From contig CM060732.1 in NCBI GenBank assembly GCA_030704615.1, forward strand, positions 82,584,001 to 82,648,000: DNA of 64,000 nucleotides. The letters are read 5' to 3'. The position numbers and the translations under genes are program-made. The stretch comes from Takakia lepidozioides. Its lineage: Eukaryota > Plantae > Bryophyta. The notes beneath the pieces were generated by a model. The model saw only the letters and a program-made list of their open reading frames with translations. It was not told the DNA's origin and searched no databases. Within the stretch, counting starts at the first letter, position 1, and every line of letters starts with the position of its first letter. Below, one piece after another: positions 13,530 to 27,700 of this stretch.

Positions 13530-16500
13530 CTCGACAGCAGCGGCAGCAGCACAATTGATAGAACAAGACGCTGCTAATGAAGGTACCTTCTTCAATACAT
13601 TTCACCCTGTTTTGAGGCTACATCAAACAACATCCTACGAGTACATTTCTCTTTGAGCCTGCTGTGGAAGTAATAAGTTTGTATCTTTTTCTTATTACAT
13701 TTTGAAAAGGGGCAGCCCCTATAGTTCTTTGGTTCTGTTTCCGTTCTTTTCCCTCAGGCTACGGCAAACAACATCTTATCATTCTGTTCTTGTCCCTCAT
13801 GCCTATTGGTCTTCCCATGACGTTAAAACTTCTTTCTGTCTGTCTTTAGCTCTATCTGTTCCTTCCCTCTACTGGTTGCTTTTATTCTTATGCGAGCTTT
13901 AAGGAATGGAATAAATCAGATTTTAATCTTCCAATACCCTCTAGCCATGACCTGTAGTGTTGCTCTTTCACATTAATTTACAACAGTCTCGTGATGACTG
14001 ACAGCCACCCCCACATCCCACACCACAGGGTCATATCAGTGGTGGATGCCTGAACTCATTCAAATTATACCGTAAGGTTATACTCGACTCCCTCACCACC
14101 TTTAAAAGCTCATCCTTTTTGTTGGCACTTACCTTATCTTTGTACATCCAGGGGCAGTGTTTTTTCAGCAAACGTTCATTCCCTTGGTGCTCTGCTTCCT
14201 TCCCTCCACATAGGGACAATCCCAGGAACACTTCTCTCCACCATTACAAAAGGGGAACAGTGTTTTATGTCACCAGCTCAAAGTGCTTCATCTGTTTTGG
14301 CACACTTAGGAATCATTGGAGGGGCTCTGTTGTCAGTCCATGCTACGGGCTTTTTCCTTGGGTATGTTGCTGCTCTATTGAAAGTAATTAATAGTCTTCA
14401 TTTGGGTTTATTCCCCGACTCATTTCCTAAGTTGGGCTTGTCTTGTGTTTCTACACTCCATGAGCTGTTTTACCCATACTGATGTGCCATGTGCTTTAAC
14501 CGGCAGGTATGTGGTTGCCTTACTAGCAGGATTGAGTCACAGCGTCGTGCTATCTCAATTGAGGTACTCTTTCTCTGATCTTGTTGCTTGCACTGTATAG
14601 AGGATCTAAGCTTCAACATTAGAATAATGGATTTGATGATGTATATCAGGGAGATATGATTGAAATGCAGGGCAGTGCCTTTTTTCTAGGTCTGAGAGTT
14701 ATGAGGGCTTTTCTCTGTGATCTAACATTGTCCTCTGTAACATACGATGCCCTTATCTTGACACGAAGTAAAAAAACAGAACTTGCTTCAAGTGGAGAGC
14801 TTTAGTTATAACAAAAATGCTAGTGAGTTCTCACCATCTACTGATAGATCCCTTAAACTTAGTGCTTGAAGTATCACACAGATAGTGAATACTCATTTCC
14901 ATTGTTGGATCTCAATCTCCATGGTAATTGCCTGTCACTGAAATGATATGAAACTACACCAGAGGAAGGTTGGTTTGCACACCCATTATATTCTGCTATC
15001 AGAGTCAACCCTGAAATTTGATGTCGAACTCTGCAAGCTGAGGAGAATTAGCTCTGGAATGAATACGTTTCCAACCCCAATCAATGGTGGAACAATCAAG
15101 GCAAAAATGTGAATGTCTGTTGGAAGCAGACGCAAGTCAGCATAGGAATTAGTATGATAAGTAGGGTTGGGGTGTTTGTTGGAACAATTCTAGGCTGTCA
15201 TTGTCAGCAGGCTAGCAGCAAGGCAAGGATATATGCATGATTTGTGCAGAGGCATGGAATAGCTTAAGGGGCAGGGATAGAGTGTGGGTCCAGATTCATC
15301 CAAGAGGACTGGATTTCAAGCTCCAGATTACCTATGATTCCATGTGGAAGGATAGCTACAAGAAACCTGCATGGGTAAATGGTCAACTGGAAGCTGCAAC
15401 AGCAGCGGCACTATTGATAAAATCAGGCACTAGTAATCAAGGCACCTTCTTCAACACAATTCACCCTGTTTTTCCCTCTAATCAAAATCGGCCCTAACTT
15501 TTCATGTTGAATTCTGCAAGTTAGCTGGTTGAGTGAACCTTTGATAGTTTGGAGTGACTTTGACATGATACTGCCAATGTGACAACAGGAAAGTATCCAC
15601 AAACAGGTAACAAAGATGAGGAGAAACTGTGGAATGAATTCTTTCTGACCCCAGTCAATGGTGGGACACCGAGGCAAAAAGGTGAATGTCTGTTTGATTA
15701 CAGGAGAGTAGCATACGCAATTCAGTATAGAACTAGTGTAATAAGCTGAGTTGGGTGTTTCCTAGAACAAATTAGGCTATCATTATCAGCTGCAAGGCAA
15801 GGATGTATGCATGATTTGTGTAGAGGCATGGATAGCTGAAGGAGCAGGGATAAAGTGTGGGTCCAGATTCATCCAAGAGGGCCAGATTTCAAGCTCCAGA
15901 TTACCTATGATTCCCTGTGGAAGGATAAATGGTCATTTTCTTGTTGCGGTAGTGCTTAGCAACATCGTGCTTGAACAATGAAATATATTTTTGGAATATA
16001 TATACTATATAGGCAGATTGGTTCGAACACCATGTCAGTGTCTGATGTTTTAACATCCAATATCGTTCGAAGGTGCAATGTCCTCTGAGGTTGTGTTGTG
16101 GTGTTTCTATGGATGGCATCTTTGATTGTAGTTATGTTTGTCATATTGTATCATGTTGTATCATGTCTTTGCCACTCTTTGCATCTGCCAGCAGGGTTGG
16201 GGGTCGATTCTTTGGTCATTGGAAGATTAATGCATGTTGTCTTTCCCTGCAGAGGGGTTGTGTCTTGGTATAGATGGCCTTTCCTCTTTGCCAATTGTTG
16301 TGCTTATGAGAGTTCCACATGGTTTATTAAATTTCATATTAATTTAATTTAATTTAATATCAAAATTAGTATTTTAAAATTAAATAATATTTAATAAATT
16401 ATAAAATCTACATGATCAATGGGTGTCAGTCACACCTGCTCCAAGAAGACCACGTGCCATCTGTAGCTTGTAGTATTGTTATAGTGATATAGTCATACCC

Positions 16501-16851
16501 ATAGTCGTGTAGTCATAAAGATATGACTACTCGACACTGCACCATCAGGCGATGAATACACATGTCAAATCCCAAGGATCCCATGTGTCACGCAGAGGCT
16601 TCTCCATGTAGGCGCAATGCTGTAGTGATGTAGTTGTAACCTCAGTCATAACTTACAGTCGTGTAGATATTTTTGTTATGACTATCCCACGCCACGTCCT
16701 CAGTGACGACCATGACTTCGCACTTATCACTCCGCAGTCATGGTAGAACTGACTTCGTGTTTGTCATTGCAGAGTGAGGTAGTCATAAAAGCACTTATCA
16801 CTGCAAATGCAGTGATATACATAGTCATAAAAACGTTAATCTGTACTAGTG
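13530..16851 (+). mobile_element. CACTA deletion derivative related to the 22146-34783 element; right end only, left boundary unknown
   Basis: Right TIR ...AGTCATAAAAACGTTAATCTGTACTAGTG ends at 16851 and resembles the TIR at 34783. It has TAGTCAT/ATGACTA subterminal repeats. Internal blocks 15050-15395 and 15620-15930 are homologous to 23100-23425. Confidence 0.75.
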
Positions 16852-16871
16852 GACGTAGATGTTGAATTGTC

Positions 16872-18543
16872 TTGTTCAGTAGAAGACATGGTTGGTATGG
16901 ACCTAACGTTGTGATTTCAAAATCTGAGAGGTCAGATTATGATGATTCAGAGTCCGATTTTGATGCGGAATGGGAGGTAAGAACTAACCACATGCCTCTG
17001 TTGTGGATTATCATCTATGGGACTTCTATGTGGATACCAGAAACCCCAACCATGAAGCATCTAGCGAGACAATTCAATTGGGTGATGATATAACCACCCC
17101 AGTTGATTTTTTCAACTTGCAGTTATGACCAGCCGCTGATTGCTCTCATGAGAAAAATCTAGTATACACAAACAAACTTGTATGCACAAGGTGTGAACGC
17201 TTAGGTAAGCGGAAGGGGATGAAGATGTGGTATCATTTGCATGTGAAGGAGATGAGAGCTTTGCCGCCTATCCATATTTTCATGGGGATAAAGAAATTGC
17301 CTAACAGTAAGTTGTAATATTGAAGCTAACCATGATTTCTTCAAGTGTGATACAATCAACATAATTATGGCCAAGAACAGGTGGGAGGCAATCTTGCGGT
17401 TCCTCCACCTTGTTGACAATGCAATTGTAGTTGTAGACAGTGGAGATCCCGGGTACGATAAACTGGCCAAAATTGCAAAATGGTTGGTTGACGCACAAAA
17501 TGCCTTATATGCTCAGTATAATCAGCTTGAACAAAACCTGTGCATCGACGAGATGATGGTAAAGTAGAAGGAAAAATATTGTAATTTGCAGCAATATATA
17601 GCCAATATGTTGCCTTGCAAATGCTAAAAATACGTTCAGTTCAACTTGCAAACCCCATTCAACTCAACATCAAGCCCACATTGACATGACAGAAAATTGA
17701 AATGTACCTAGGAAGAGATGATGGGGTGGACTTGAGTCATGGGCATGGGCTATTCGGTTGTGTCATGACTCATTTCTGACTTTGAAAGTAAAGGGCACGT
17801 AGTCCACTATGGACAATTTCTTCTATATCTCTAGCTGTGTTCTCTTCTACGACTTGGCACAGAAAGACATCTATGCAACTGGCACAGTAAAACGTTACGG
17901 GTGGGATTTCCTAGTTGTCTGGATTTGGGCAAAAGAAAGGCAAAAAGCGAGGCTGCAATGGCGCATGCATATTTCTGGCAAGATAGCTGATTTGACATGA
18001 TTTGATAGGAAATGTGTTCACTTGCATAGATCTACTGTTGTCAGACGTGTTGATCCAGATTGTTTTATATGTGGCTTACCGCCTTGTGTCCACCTCCCCG
18101 TGGGAAGCACTACCAAGAACATATGAGGGGGTGGATATGCAGGACCAATTGCATGGGTATTATAGTGTGAAAACCCGGGATCACAAATATTGGTGGCACA
18201 GGGTGTACTTTCACTTTGTTGACACTTGTAGTTTGGTGCTCATGCCTATATCATGTACCATTAACAATTCATGGCAGCAAGGAGTCACACCCCTCGGTCA
18301 CATCTGCTAAATTTCAGTTTAGAGGTGGATAATGGATTGATTGGTGGGTGGATTGGTCCTAGGAGAACAGATGTGCAAGGGGCGTGTATATTGAACACCG
18401 GGGCACTCCACTTCTCCATGAAAAGTAGTAGGAGAATGAAGTGTGTTTCCAGTGGTGCAATACAAAAGTGTTTCTGCTATGTATGTGGAGATGTCTCCAT
18501 TTTCTTGGGGGCATGCTTTGTCAAACGTCACAGTGGATCGTGA
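16872..18543 (+). pseudogene. Degenerate piggyBac-family (PGBD4-like, DDE_Tnp_1_7) transposase
   Basis: Ordered motifs across frameshifts: acidic N-terminus SDYDDSESDFD, QTNLYA, MAKNRWEAILRFLHLVDN, YDKLAKI, LCIDEMMV, MDNFF..LFYDL..DIYATGTV, GVDMQDQLHGYY..WWHRVYF, C-terminal Cys-rich C..CYVC....CFVKRH. Termini not found. Confidence 0.88.
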
Positions 18544-19109
18544 TGTATGTGAGCCTTCTTTTATTGACCTGACCATATTTGTTTGCTGCTGCAGAGATGA
18601 GGCAACTGTTCTGAATGAGGGAGTACCCTCATTTCTTTTATTTTCTACTGTTATGGGGTTTGTACTTGTGTTCAAATAGTATGGATTGTCTAGGTGTTAG
18701 TTGGTACATGCTTATGCTGGCTTTGAAGAGGACTTACTAGAAGGGGTAGACGTTGTTTTGAACAGAGTTGCAGGTTGTAGAGTCACTTGGATAGTATGCA
18801 ATGTAATATATGACCACAATTTGGGGATCGATCAATTGGTTTGGGATTGGAGTTCCTGGATTCTAGTTTTTTGCTTGTTAATATGTCTGACTTGTTGTTG
18901 TGGTTTGTATGTAGGTTGCTGCATGTAATCTGCAGGTGGTGGGTATATACCAGTGTTGTACTAGTATGTGATAGTCGGCCGGGGTATGTGCAAGGTAAGG
19001 GTATGCTAGAACCAACCTGGCTGGTATGTTCTGCAGCCTATATCCCGGGTGTGTGTAGAGCTTAGGGTTTAGGGTTCCAAACATATCCATACTGATACAT
19101 ACTAGTCAC

Positions 19110-20365
19110 ACGTCGCACAGGGGCCCCGCCCTAGCGTTGCGACGTCGGGGAATTGCAACGCATCGTGCCACAACGTCGCCGGATTCGGGGCGTGACCGTC
19201 ACCGCGATGGGGGGTTGCGACGCTTGGGCGTCGCCGCCATGCTTTGCGAAGCTCCTGGGAGGCAGCGACGTCGCGGAGTCGCAACACCCCCTCCCACTTA
19301 GGCGTCCCCCGCCAGCGTATTGAGGGGTTGTGACGCCCCCCGGGAGGCTGCGACGCTAGGGAATCGCAACGGCGTCGCCGGGGGGAGGCCAGGGGGTTGT
19401 TTTTTTTTTTTTTTTTTTTTTTTTTTTCCCCCTCTTCCAGGCATTGCGACTCCCCGCCGTCGGTAAAGCATCGCTGGGCTGCCCGACTGTGACCCACGAG
19501 CTGGGGCTGTGGCGCTGCGTGTCGTCCCGGCGACGCCGTTGCAATTCCCTGCGTTCGCAGCCTCCTGGAGGCATCGCAACCCCCCTAGCGCTAGAACTTA
19601 GGCCCTTGATATATATTTGTCCTTCATAACTCTGGGGACAAGTCTCAGTGCAAATTAATCCAGCTGTGAGTGCTCTTACGTAGTACTCATAATCTGTACC
19701 ATCTACGATCACATAATGATATGATTGAGATAGTGTGGTAGTCACCAGGAGTTACATCTTGATATGTAGATATATACTTAGACTGCTTTTTGTGATACAT
19801 AGATGTATCGTATATATGTGTTGGTTAGTGTGTAGTGTCTTAAAAATGTTATAACGTAGAGTCCTAGGTTCAAATATGCATTGCTTAATATATGTAGAAC
19901 ATTGTATGAACTGCCATTGGACAACACCGGACTCAATGGTCAACTAGTTTTTGAAATTCAAATTCAAATTTTCCCAATTTTCCTACCTAAATTCAAATGT
20001 ACCCCACTAAACTTCGACGTCCGGGGGTCGCACTTTGCGTCTACCAGACGTTGCTAATGCGGCGTCGCAGAAAAAATGGATTTTGTTTTTTGTATTTTTT
20101 GTGTGTTTAAAAAATAAATAAAAATTAAGTCGCGCCGGCGCCGCGGTGTCGCAGATCGCGGCCTATCGTGGCCGGGGGGTCCGGGGTTTTAGCGATTCCC
20201 CGAGGTCGCTAATTAGCGACATTCCGAGAGCGACGTCAGTCTGACGTCGCTGTGACTTCCCGACGTCGCAAAACGTCCATGTTGCGCCCCGGGCGCCATA
20301 GAGTATTTTCGTCACAAATCGCGGCGGTTGGAGGTCGCTGGGGCATCGCTACAAATGCAGTAGTG
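19110..20365. mobile_element. Non-autonomous CACTA-type element (second family), left terminus missing
   Basis: Two dense arrays of GCGACG/CGTCGC subterminal repeats (19110-19595 and 20015-20350) flank an AT-rich core. The right end is ...GCAGTAGTG at 20365. Confidence 0.7.
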
Positions 20366-21349
20366 ATCTTTGATGTGGGGAGGCGCAAAAGATTGAGCAG
20401 ATCGACTACTAGATTGCAATTTGTTTTTACCTTTTGTATGCTGCCCTCAATCTGGTTTTTTTTTTAAAGCTTTGAATGGAGTATGATGAATGGTGGGGGA
20501 TACCATATCATTGACACGCTGCCCCAGTATGTCATTTGAGTTTTTGCCATACCTTTGCCTATGACCAGGGTATCTCCAAATTAGAAATACCCATACCCAT
20601 CCTACAACCGATCCCGGCGAGTCTTAATCTACACTTGGCCCAGCTACCAGTTGGACCCAACAGCCAAGTTGGACCTACCAGGACGAGTCTAGTATACCAA
20701 AATGGACATACCAGCACAACAGTGGTATGTACATTCCATGTCAGTAGATTGTTGCAGCATTGTGGTCGCGAGGGGGAAAAATTAACCCCCTTTCATTTAT
20801 GGGCCATGAGACGATCAACGCCCAAACAATATCAATACCAATATAGTATCATGGTTGAAATATATATCATCTTGGTTACCTTAAACAGTGCTTTACCACT
20901 TAAGATAGCTGGATTTATCAATCCACAAGCCATCATTAGCCTTGCCCAGTATATCATTGGTCATATCAATCCATGGTCAATTTAAGCACCACCCACCGGG
21001 ATAAGACACTAAATCAAACACCATCCATCTTTAGCACTGCCTAATTAATATCTTGGTCTAAAACCGGTATATCCAACAGGTGAAGATAGAGGTACCTGAT
21101 AATAGGCCAATAGATAACTAAGCCCATATCTTTGTTCATTGAATCCTTCATGATAAAAGGGTGATAAAAATCTCTTCGTTTTTTTGTCAAGGAGTACGTG
21201 CCATCAAAATTTTATTCTATCTATATATCTATAAATTAACATCACTGACAAATGGAGGCATGACAGATGGCAACACCTAATCTTAGATCAATAAAAATGC
21301 TATCCCCCTCAAGTAGCTTGGCTCAATTTCTTTTATCAAAAATGGAAAA

Positions 21350-21560
21350 TACTACACCACCAAGCAAAGTAGCTACTGGAAGTGGCTTCCGCAGTGGTTT
21401 TAGAGCGGGGTTCCATGGGTAGCAGCAAGCGCCCCCATGAATCGCCCCCAGGATTAGTAAGGCGCTATTGGTCCAAATAGCATATACTCTAAGGGGTGCC
21501 CCCACGGATTCGCCTCTTGCTAAGGGGCGCAAAAAAGCCGTCCCTTCACGGTGCCCCTAA
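21350..21560 (+). mobile_element. Possible left end of a third CACTA family (TACTACACCA, C>T decayed)
   Basis: CACTACACCA-like start followed by CGCCCC/GGGGCG subterminal-type motifs; no matching right end. Confidence 0.35.
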
Positions 21561-24500
21561 CTGACACCTTTGTCTTTTCCTACAGCGGGCCTGCAGACTT
21601 ACAAAATACTATTTATTTCCTCCAAACTTAAGTTAAATTTTAGGAGAGGGAATGATTTTTGATATTTTCATCCAAAACTTCTATTAATTATCCATTTACT
21701 ATGTCATGGCCGACAACAATTGGTGCCAAAGATTTCTAAGGTAGATGAACCTAATTCAAACCACTTTTAAAAATGGACCCCTAGATAAATACACAAAACC
21801 ACCCACATGCAAAGCTAGAAAGGCTCATATGGTCCAGCTAGATCCGTGGTGGCTACAATGGTACTGCAGTCACCCCCTCTTTTAGATCAAGTCGATTATG
21901 ATGACAGCACGAGTGGAAACCTTACTAATTACTGTCGGTTATATTGAAATATTGCTTGCTGCGTGCACTTCTAGTGAGGTATTTATGCAGATTTGGGTGA
22001 ACGCCTCCAAACAGTTAAGCAGGATGCCTCGATCGATCCGATTTCACAGCATGCCTCCGTCACTTATTGGACATGAACCTATGGTCACGTTAGTTGTTGA
22101 TTGATTGTGATCAAATTTGAATTTCAAACTAGGCACTATAACTGCCACTACAAGAGATGAGCGTTTTTAGGACTACGGGTTTGGCGGAGTCATAAAAACT
22201 GCACCTACATGACTACAGAGCGCTGAAATGCATTACAGTTTTAGTTTTATGACTTTGTAGTAATGGATATCACTACATGACTCCGGAAAGTTAGGGAGCA
22301 TTGGTCAAACATTGTTGACCATGATGACAGGGATGGTTTATATGACTAGTGTGATATGTTTGACTACACGTGGACGACGTTTCATGGAATCTTATGACTC
22401 CATGACTGAAGATGGTTTCAGAGCTCTATTTATACGACTACATCACTACACGTGTCATTTTGAAGGCACATATAATGCAAATAAGGTTGCCCATTAGGTT
22501 TAAAAAAGTTAAAAATTTTGCTAATAAGGTTGCCCATTAGTGTAATCGTGAACAGAAAGGAGGGCTGGGACTTGGCGTCTTTTTGTCTCCTGCGCCACAC
22601 CACATAGCTGAGGATGGAACGCGATGATAGCAGGATATGCAGGGGCGTGGGATGGAGGCGTTGAGCAAATGATGCACGAAGGAGAAGAGGAGGAGGAGAC
22701 GAGACGAGGACAAGCGAGCTCGCCGTTCTTGGGAGAGTCAGCTTGGTCTTAGCAAGCGTGTTTCAATCTCTGACTACTCATCTACGCCGTAGTGGTTCGA
22801 TCTGACAGACCAATCCGACATTACCTGACTACAGACACAAGCAGCACACACAAGAGGTCATCGGTTTTGTCGGACATTTGTCGGACAGGTCAATGGCCAT
22901 GTGGTGGAGCTAAAACCTTCTTTCGTCAACCCTATTTCGCCTGTTTGCCCTCCTCATCAGACTCGGGCGGCGGCCGCATATGCATATGATTCTGTAAGTT
23001 AGTTCGTTGGTACCTCTGTGGTGGTTTGGAGTGGACTTTGGCAAGTTACTGCCAGTGTTGGCAGCGGGAAATTCCAACAACATATAATAGGGTGAGGAGA
23101 ATCTTGGTGTGTAACACTTTCCGACCCCAATGGTGGACAATGGAGACAAAAAGCGAATGCCTGTTGGACTGTCAGAGAGAAGCAATGCACTTTCAGATTG
23201 TGATAAGTAGGGTTGGGGTGTTTTTGGGGAAGAACTTCACACCAGTATGGTTGGGGTGTTTGCTGGTAGAATTGTAGGCTGTCAGAGTCATGGATAGCTG
23301 AGGAGCAGGGATAGATGTGGGTCCACATTCATCCAAGAGGGCTGGATTTCACTCCACATTACCTATGATTCCCTGTGGAAGGATAGGTACAAGAACCTAC
23401 ATGGGTAATGGTCAACTGGAAGCGACATGTCTGTACTATATGTCATTATACTGTACTATATGTCATTCAAGACTGTCATTGTTGGTCCATGTGTTTTACA
23501 ACAATGCTATCAATATAAGACTCCTGTTTGTCATTGGAAGCTCAATCCCTGCAAGTTCATTGTGTGTGAGCTCACCTGCGATTTGAAGGATCTTGTAGCC
23601 AAGTTATTCAACCGGAAAGAGAAAATTCTAAAGCTCTCAAATTTGATGTGGCAAGTTTATGGAGGTAAGACTTAGCTTCCCTCCTCTAATGTAAGTGTTG
23701 GATAAGTTTCATTTAGTGTCGTCTTCACTGTCACTGGCATATATTTCTCTTTTCTTGGCTGGTTTCATATTTTTTTCTTGGCTGGTATGCTGTTGGTTTG
23801 GCTTCTTTCATTTCACGTGTGTAGTGGAAGGGAGAAGTACTTCTTCTTTCATTTCACGTGTGTAGTGGAAGGGAGAAGTACTTTCCTAAGTTCTGCTGCA
23901 ACAATGTATTTTTCCAGCCTAGATGTTTTCGATGGATACAAATTGAAGTGCTTTGAAATGTTGCTGGCAATACTATAATAAGTGGAGGGGCTGATGCAGT
24001 TGGCCTTTGCTTCGTGCAAGCATAATCCAGGGAAATGTGGACATAGCTGCCATGATAGCATTTCCAGAGGACGGTGTGGATGGCCTCACTCCAGCATGCA
24101 AATCCATGACAATGTGGAGTGGCTGAATGGGCAAAACAGGTTAAGTGGCCGAACAAGCCACGTCACTGGTACATAGTTGCATGCTTACATAGTACATGAC
24201 AGCGTACTATATGTCATTCCCGAAATTGACCATGTTGGTCCATGTATTTTACAACAATGCTATCAATAAAAGACCAATGGTTCGCATTGAAACTCTATCC
24301 CCGTAAGTGGCTTGTGCGTGATGCTCAAACTTGTGATTTGAAGGATCTTATACCCAGTTCATTGCAGAGGTCATTGGAAAAGACATTGAGAAGGACAACA
24401 GCCGTTATCTATAATCTACAGATCCCCTTCAATTTGATGTGGGAAAGCCGGCTGGCTGGAGGTCTAGTCTCATTTTCACTCATCTAATGTCAGTGTTGTA

Positions 24501-24770
24501 TCCATTGCAATGTGGAGATGTTTGAACAACATTGGAGCATTTCCAGAGATGGTCTGGATGGCCTTTCGTGGCGTGTGCCGAATCCATGGCAAGAAAACAT
24601 TGCAGGCAGAACCCATGGCAATGGTACAACATCAGCACGGGTTGGGTCCAAAGCCAATTGCAACAACAAATGAATAAAAGGTGCTGAAAGGAAAGTACTC
24701 CATAATTGATCATAAATCCAGTGTCCAAGCATGATATCTTAAATGGGAATGCGAAGGAGTGTTACCCACC

Positions 24771-27700
24771 TTAAACTATCATGCATGGTCTATAACTGGA
24801 GTGCACAAATCGCGCATATCTAATCTTCATCATCATGTCTGGGTCACTACATGTATCACTGTCTTCATCACAGACTTCATCTTCTCCAAGGGTTGGCTGA
24901 ACATCATCACCACGTATACGGGGTGCTCGGAGGTACAAGGAGGCCACCTGCTCTGGAGTAACCGGTACCGCTCGGCTGCATGTTGGGGCATCAGTAACCA
25001 CAGTCTCCTCTCTATCTTTGTGGGGCTAACACCTTCCACTTCCGCCACATCATCATTATCAATTGATATGTCGCAGACCACTCTACGTGCTCGGGGGCTC
25101 TTCTCCAGGACGACTTTCCACCCCGGCTCCTTCACACAATCAGAAAAAAAACACTTGATCAACCTGGCCAGGAAACACAAAGGTTGCTCAGAAGGTGGAA
25201 GCATACGGTTAAAATTGACAAGTGTGAAGCCAACATCATCCTGCTTCATTGACATAGGTTGACGACCCGAGACTCGCCCGTACCACGAACACAAAACACT
25301 ATAGGCTGTGTTTGGCCATAGTCAATTTGCAAAATCCCCTTATAAGACCCACATATCTTGTAGTTCCTCCATGTCATTGCCTGAATTGTTGGTAAGGGCT
25401 GGTGCTGGAAAACAGATGAGACTCCACAATCAAAAGACACCATACTTGTTGTGTTCATGCCGGGGGATGTAACCCTGTAATGGTTACCATACGCTGTCAT
25501 ACTCTTGAATGACAGGGCAGTAAATGATGGAGGCCTTGAAAGATCCAGTAATTCCTCACGTGTTGTAGGATCAAGCCCATCTGATTGAATTGAGAGATGA
25601 TCCCGTACACCTTGAGGGAGCCAAACAGCAAATGGAGGACAAGGATGCAAATCAGGAGGGTACTGAATTTCGTGGGATTGCTCATGCCTTCCAGCCCTTG
25701 CTCCTCACGAAACAAGCGTCGTCTGGCTTCTATCCGTGTGGACTCTGCTTCATATATCCTGTCACAATCCCAGGGTCAGCCAGGAGATTGACAGAGGTGG
25801 CGTGGGAGATTTGAAAAGACGCCATATGCCAACTAATGATAAATGACTAAAACTGGAAATCTGAATGTCAATGAAGTAGATTTCTTACCCCACATGACTA
25901 ATAGACGAGGATGGTTCTGAATGATGTACTCATGTACAATATCACACAGGTCTTCCACAGATTCTGTTCCACAGATTCTGCCCTCATCGGCATCCACACC
26001 ATTCGTACACTTCCAGTCAAATCCTGCCATATACTCTGTGCAAAAACCCAATGATTCTTCAAATTGGTATCCTTCTTCTGGCCATGCCTCCTCGGGCCTG
26101 CCATGTTTCGTACGTAGCCCTTCATATTCTTTCAGTGCCTGCTCCATGGGGTACATCCACGAGATGCTACGGGCCCGCCGATACATAAGTACAACTCATC
26201 CACTAGGTGAAAACCAGATGTGTCATCACATCAAAAAATGATGGTGGAACTCCTTCTCAGAAGACACAGAGTGAGAACTGCTTCAGTTCTCAATTCCTCA
26301 TACTCTAAAGGATTCACCACTTTTGCAAACAACTTCTTAAATACACGACATACTCGCCAAAATGGGCTTCGAGGACCACTTGGCATGAGCCCACACGGAT
26401 AGCAAGCGTATAATTTGCTGCATGAGCACATGATAGTCATGTGATTTCATGCCTGACAACTTCTTCTTCAACCACATGCTTTTTGAAAGCTGATGCGTAG
26501 CCTGTTGGCACTTTCAAGTTCTGCACAATCTCCAGAAAGACTTGTAACTCAGCCTCAGTGAGGACATAAGGGGCAGGAGGCATAATTAACATATCTGCTC
26601 TGTCAGGATCACGTTGTAGCCACAATTCCGGGCGCATCCCAAGTAGCTCCAAATCACGGCGAACTTTCAATGTGTCTTTCTCACCAAAGATAGTTTTAAT
26701 AATATTTTCAGCCAAGTTCTTCTCGCAATGCATTGCGTCAAACGTGTGGCGGATGAGGAGACCCTACAAAATGAACACATAAGCAATTGAGCATTTACTC
26801 ATCACAATTTAAACAGAAAACGCAAAAATGTACACAGCCAATTTAAAGGTCATGAAGGAATTACCTCCCAATAAGGTAAGACATATAAATTGACAATCGC
26901 TTAACTCCATGAGTTTTTGCGGTCTGTCCTGCTATCTGGCGTCCCTCCGTTTTCCACCCATGCAGTGCGAGCTGTTGCAAGGTCCTTGATTTGTGTTCCA
27001 GTCTGCGTTTTTGGAGGAGTTCCATGCTCAGTAGCGCCATTGAACATTCTTGACCTTCTATATGGATGATTGCGGGCCAAAAATCTTCGGTGGCCTAGGA
27101 AAACAATTTTTCCACATGTGTGTAACTGCTGTGAAGTCACCCCGGGTCCACAAGCTGGACAACCAGCATAACCTTTCGTCACTTGACCTGAGAGCAAGTC
27201 ATATGCAGGGTAGTCAACACCGCCCTCAGTGTGAATTCGCGTTGACCACGAGGACGAGAAACATCATGAGCTGCAATCCCTCTCCATAGTTCCAATAGCT
27301 CTTCCACTAGGGGCATCAGGTAAACATCTACGTTGTCCGAGGTAACAGACTCCTTACCAGGAATCAGTAGCGCTAACATGACAAAGAACTTTTTGGTCAT
27401 TAACCACGGAGGCAGATTGTAATGACCAAGAGAACGGGCCATGTGCTCCAACTTGTGGATTGAGCTCCGTAGGGATTTACACCGTCTAAGGCCAATCCAA
27501 ATCGCAGAGATCGTGGCTCTGCAGCAAAATCCGCAAATGTGGTGTCAATGTGTCTCCATGCTTTGCTATCAGCTGGATGTCGAACCAACCCATCCTGGCT
27601 CTTATGTCTGTCGTGCCATGTCATGAGGTTAGCGATCGATTTACATCGGTACATACGTTTCAACCTTGGAATGACAGGGAAGTGTCGCAATACTTTCTTG

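Noticed and set aside
19102-19745. Poly-Lys ORFs on the minus strand
   Set aside because: Artefacts of a poly-T tract within GC-rich CACTA subterminal repeats.
9660-20790. GGGTTAA (about 9668) and TTAACCCC (about 20781) as piggyBac termini
   Set aside because: They face away from the transposase and show no extended inverted identity.
24340-24385. Ulp1-protease-like RILYPVHCRGHW in the CACTA
   Set aside because: Flanked by stops with no following hydrophobic strand or Q..DC motif; the duplicated module conserves a different frame.
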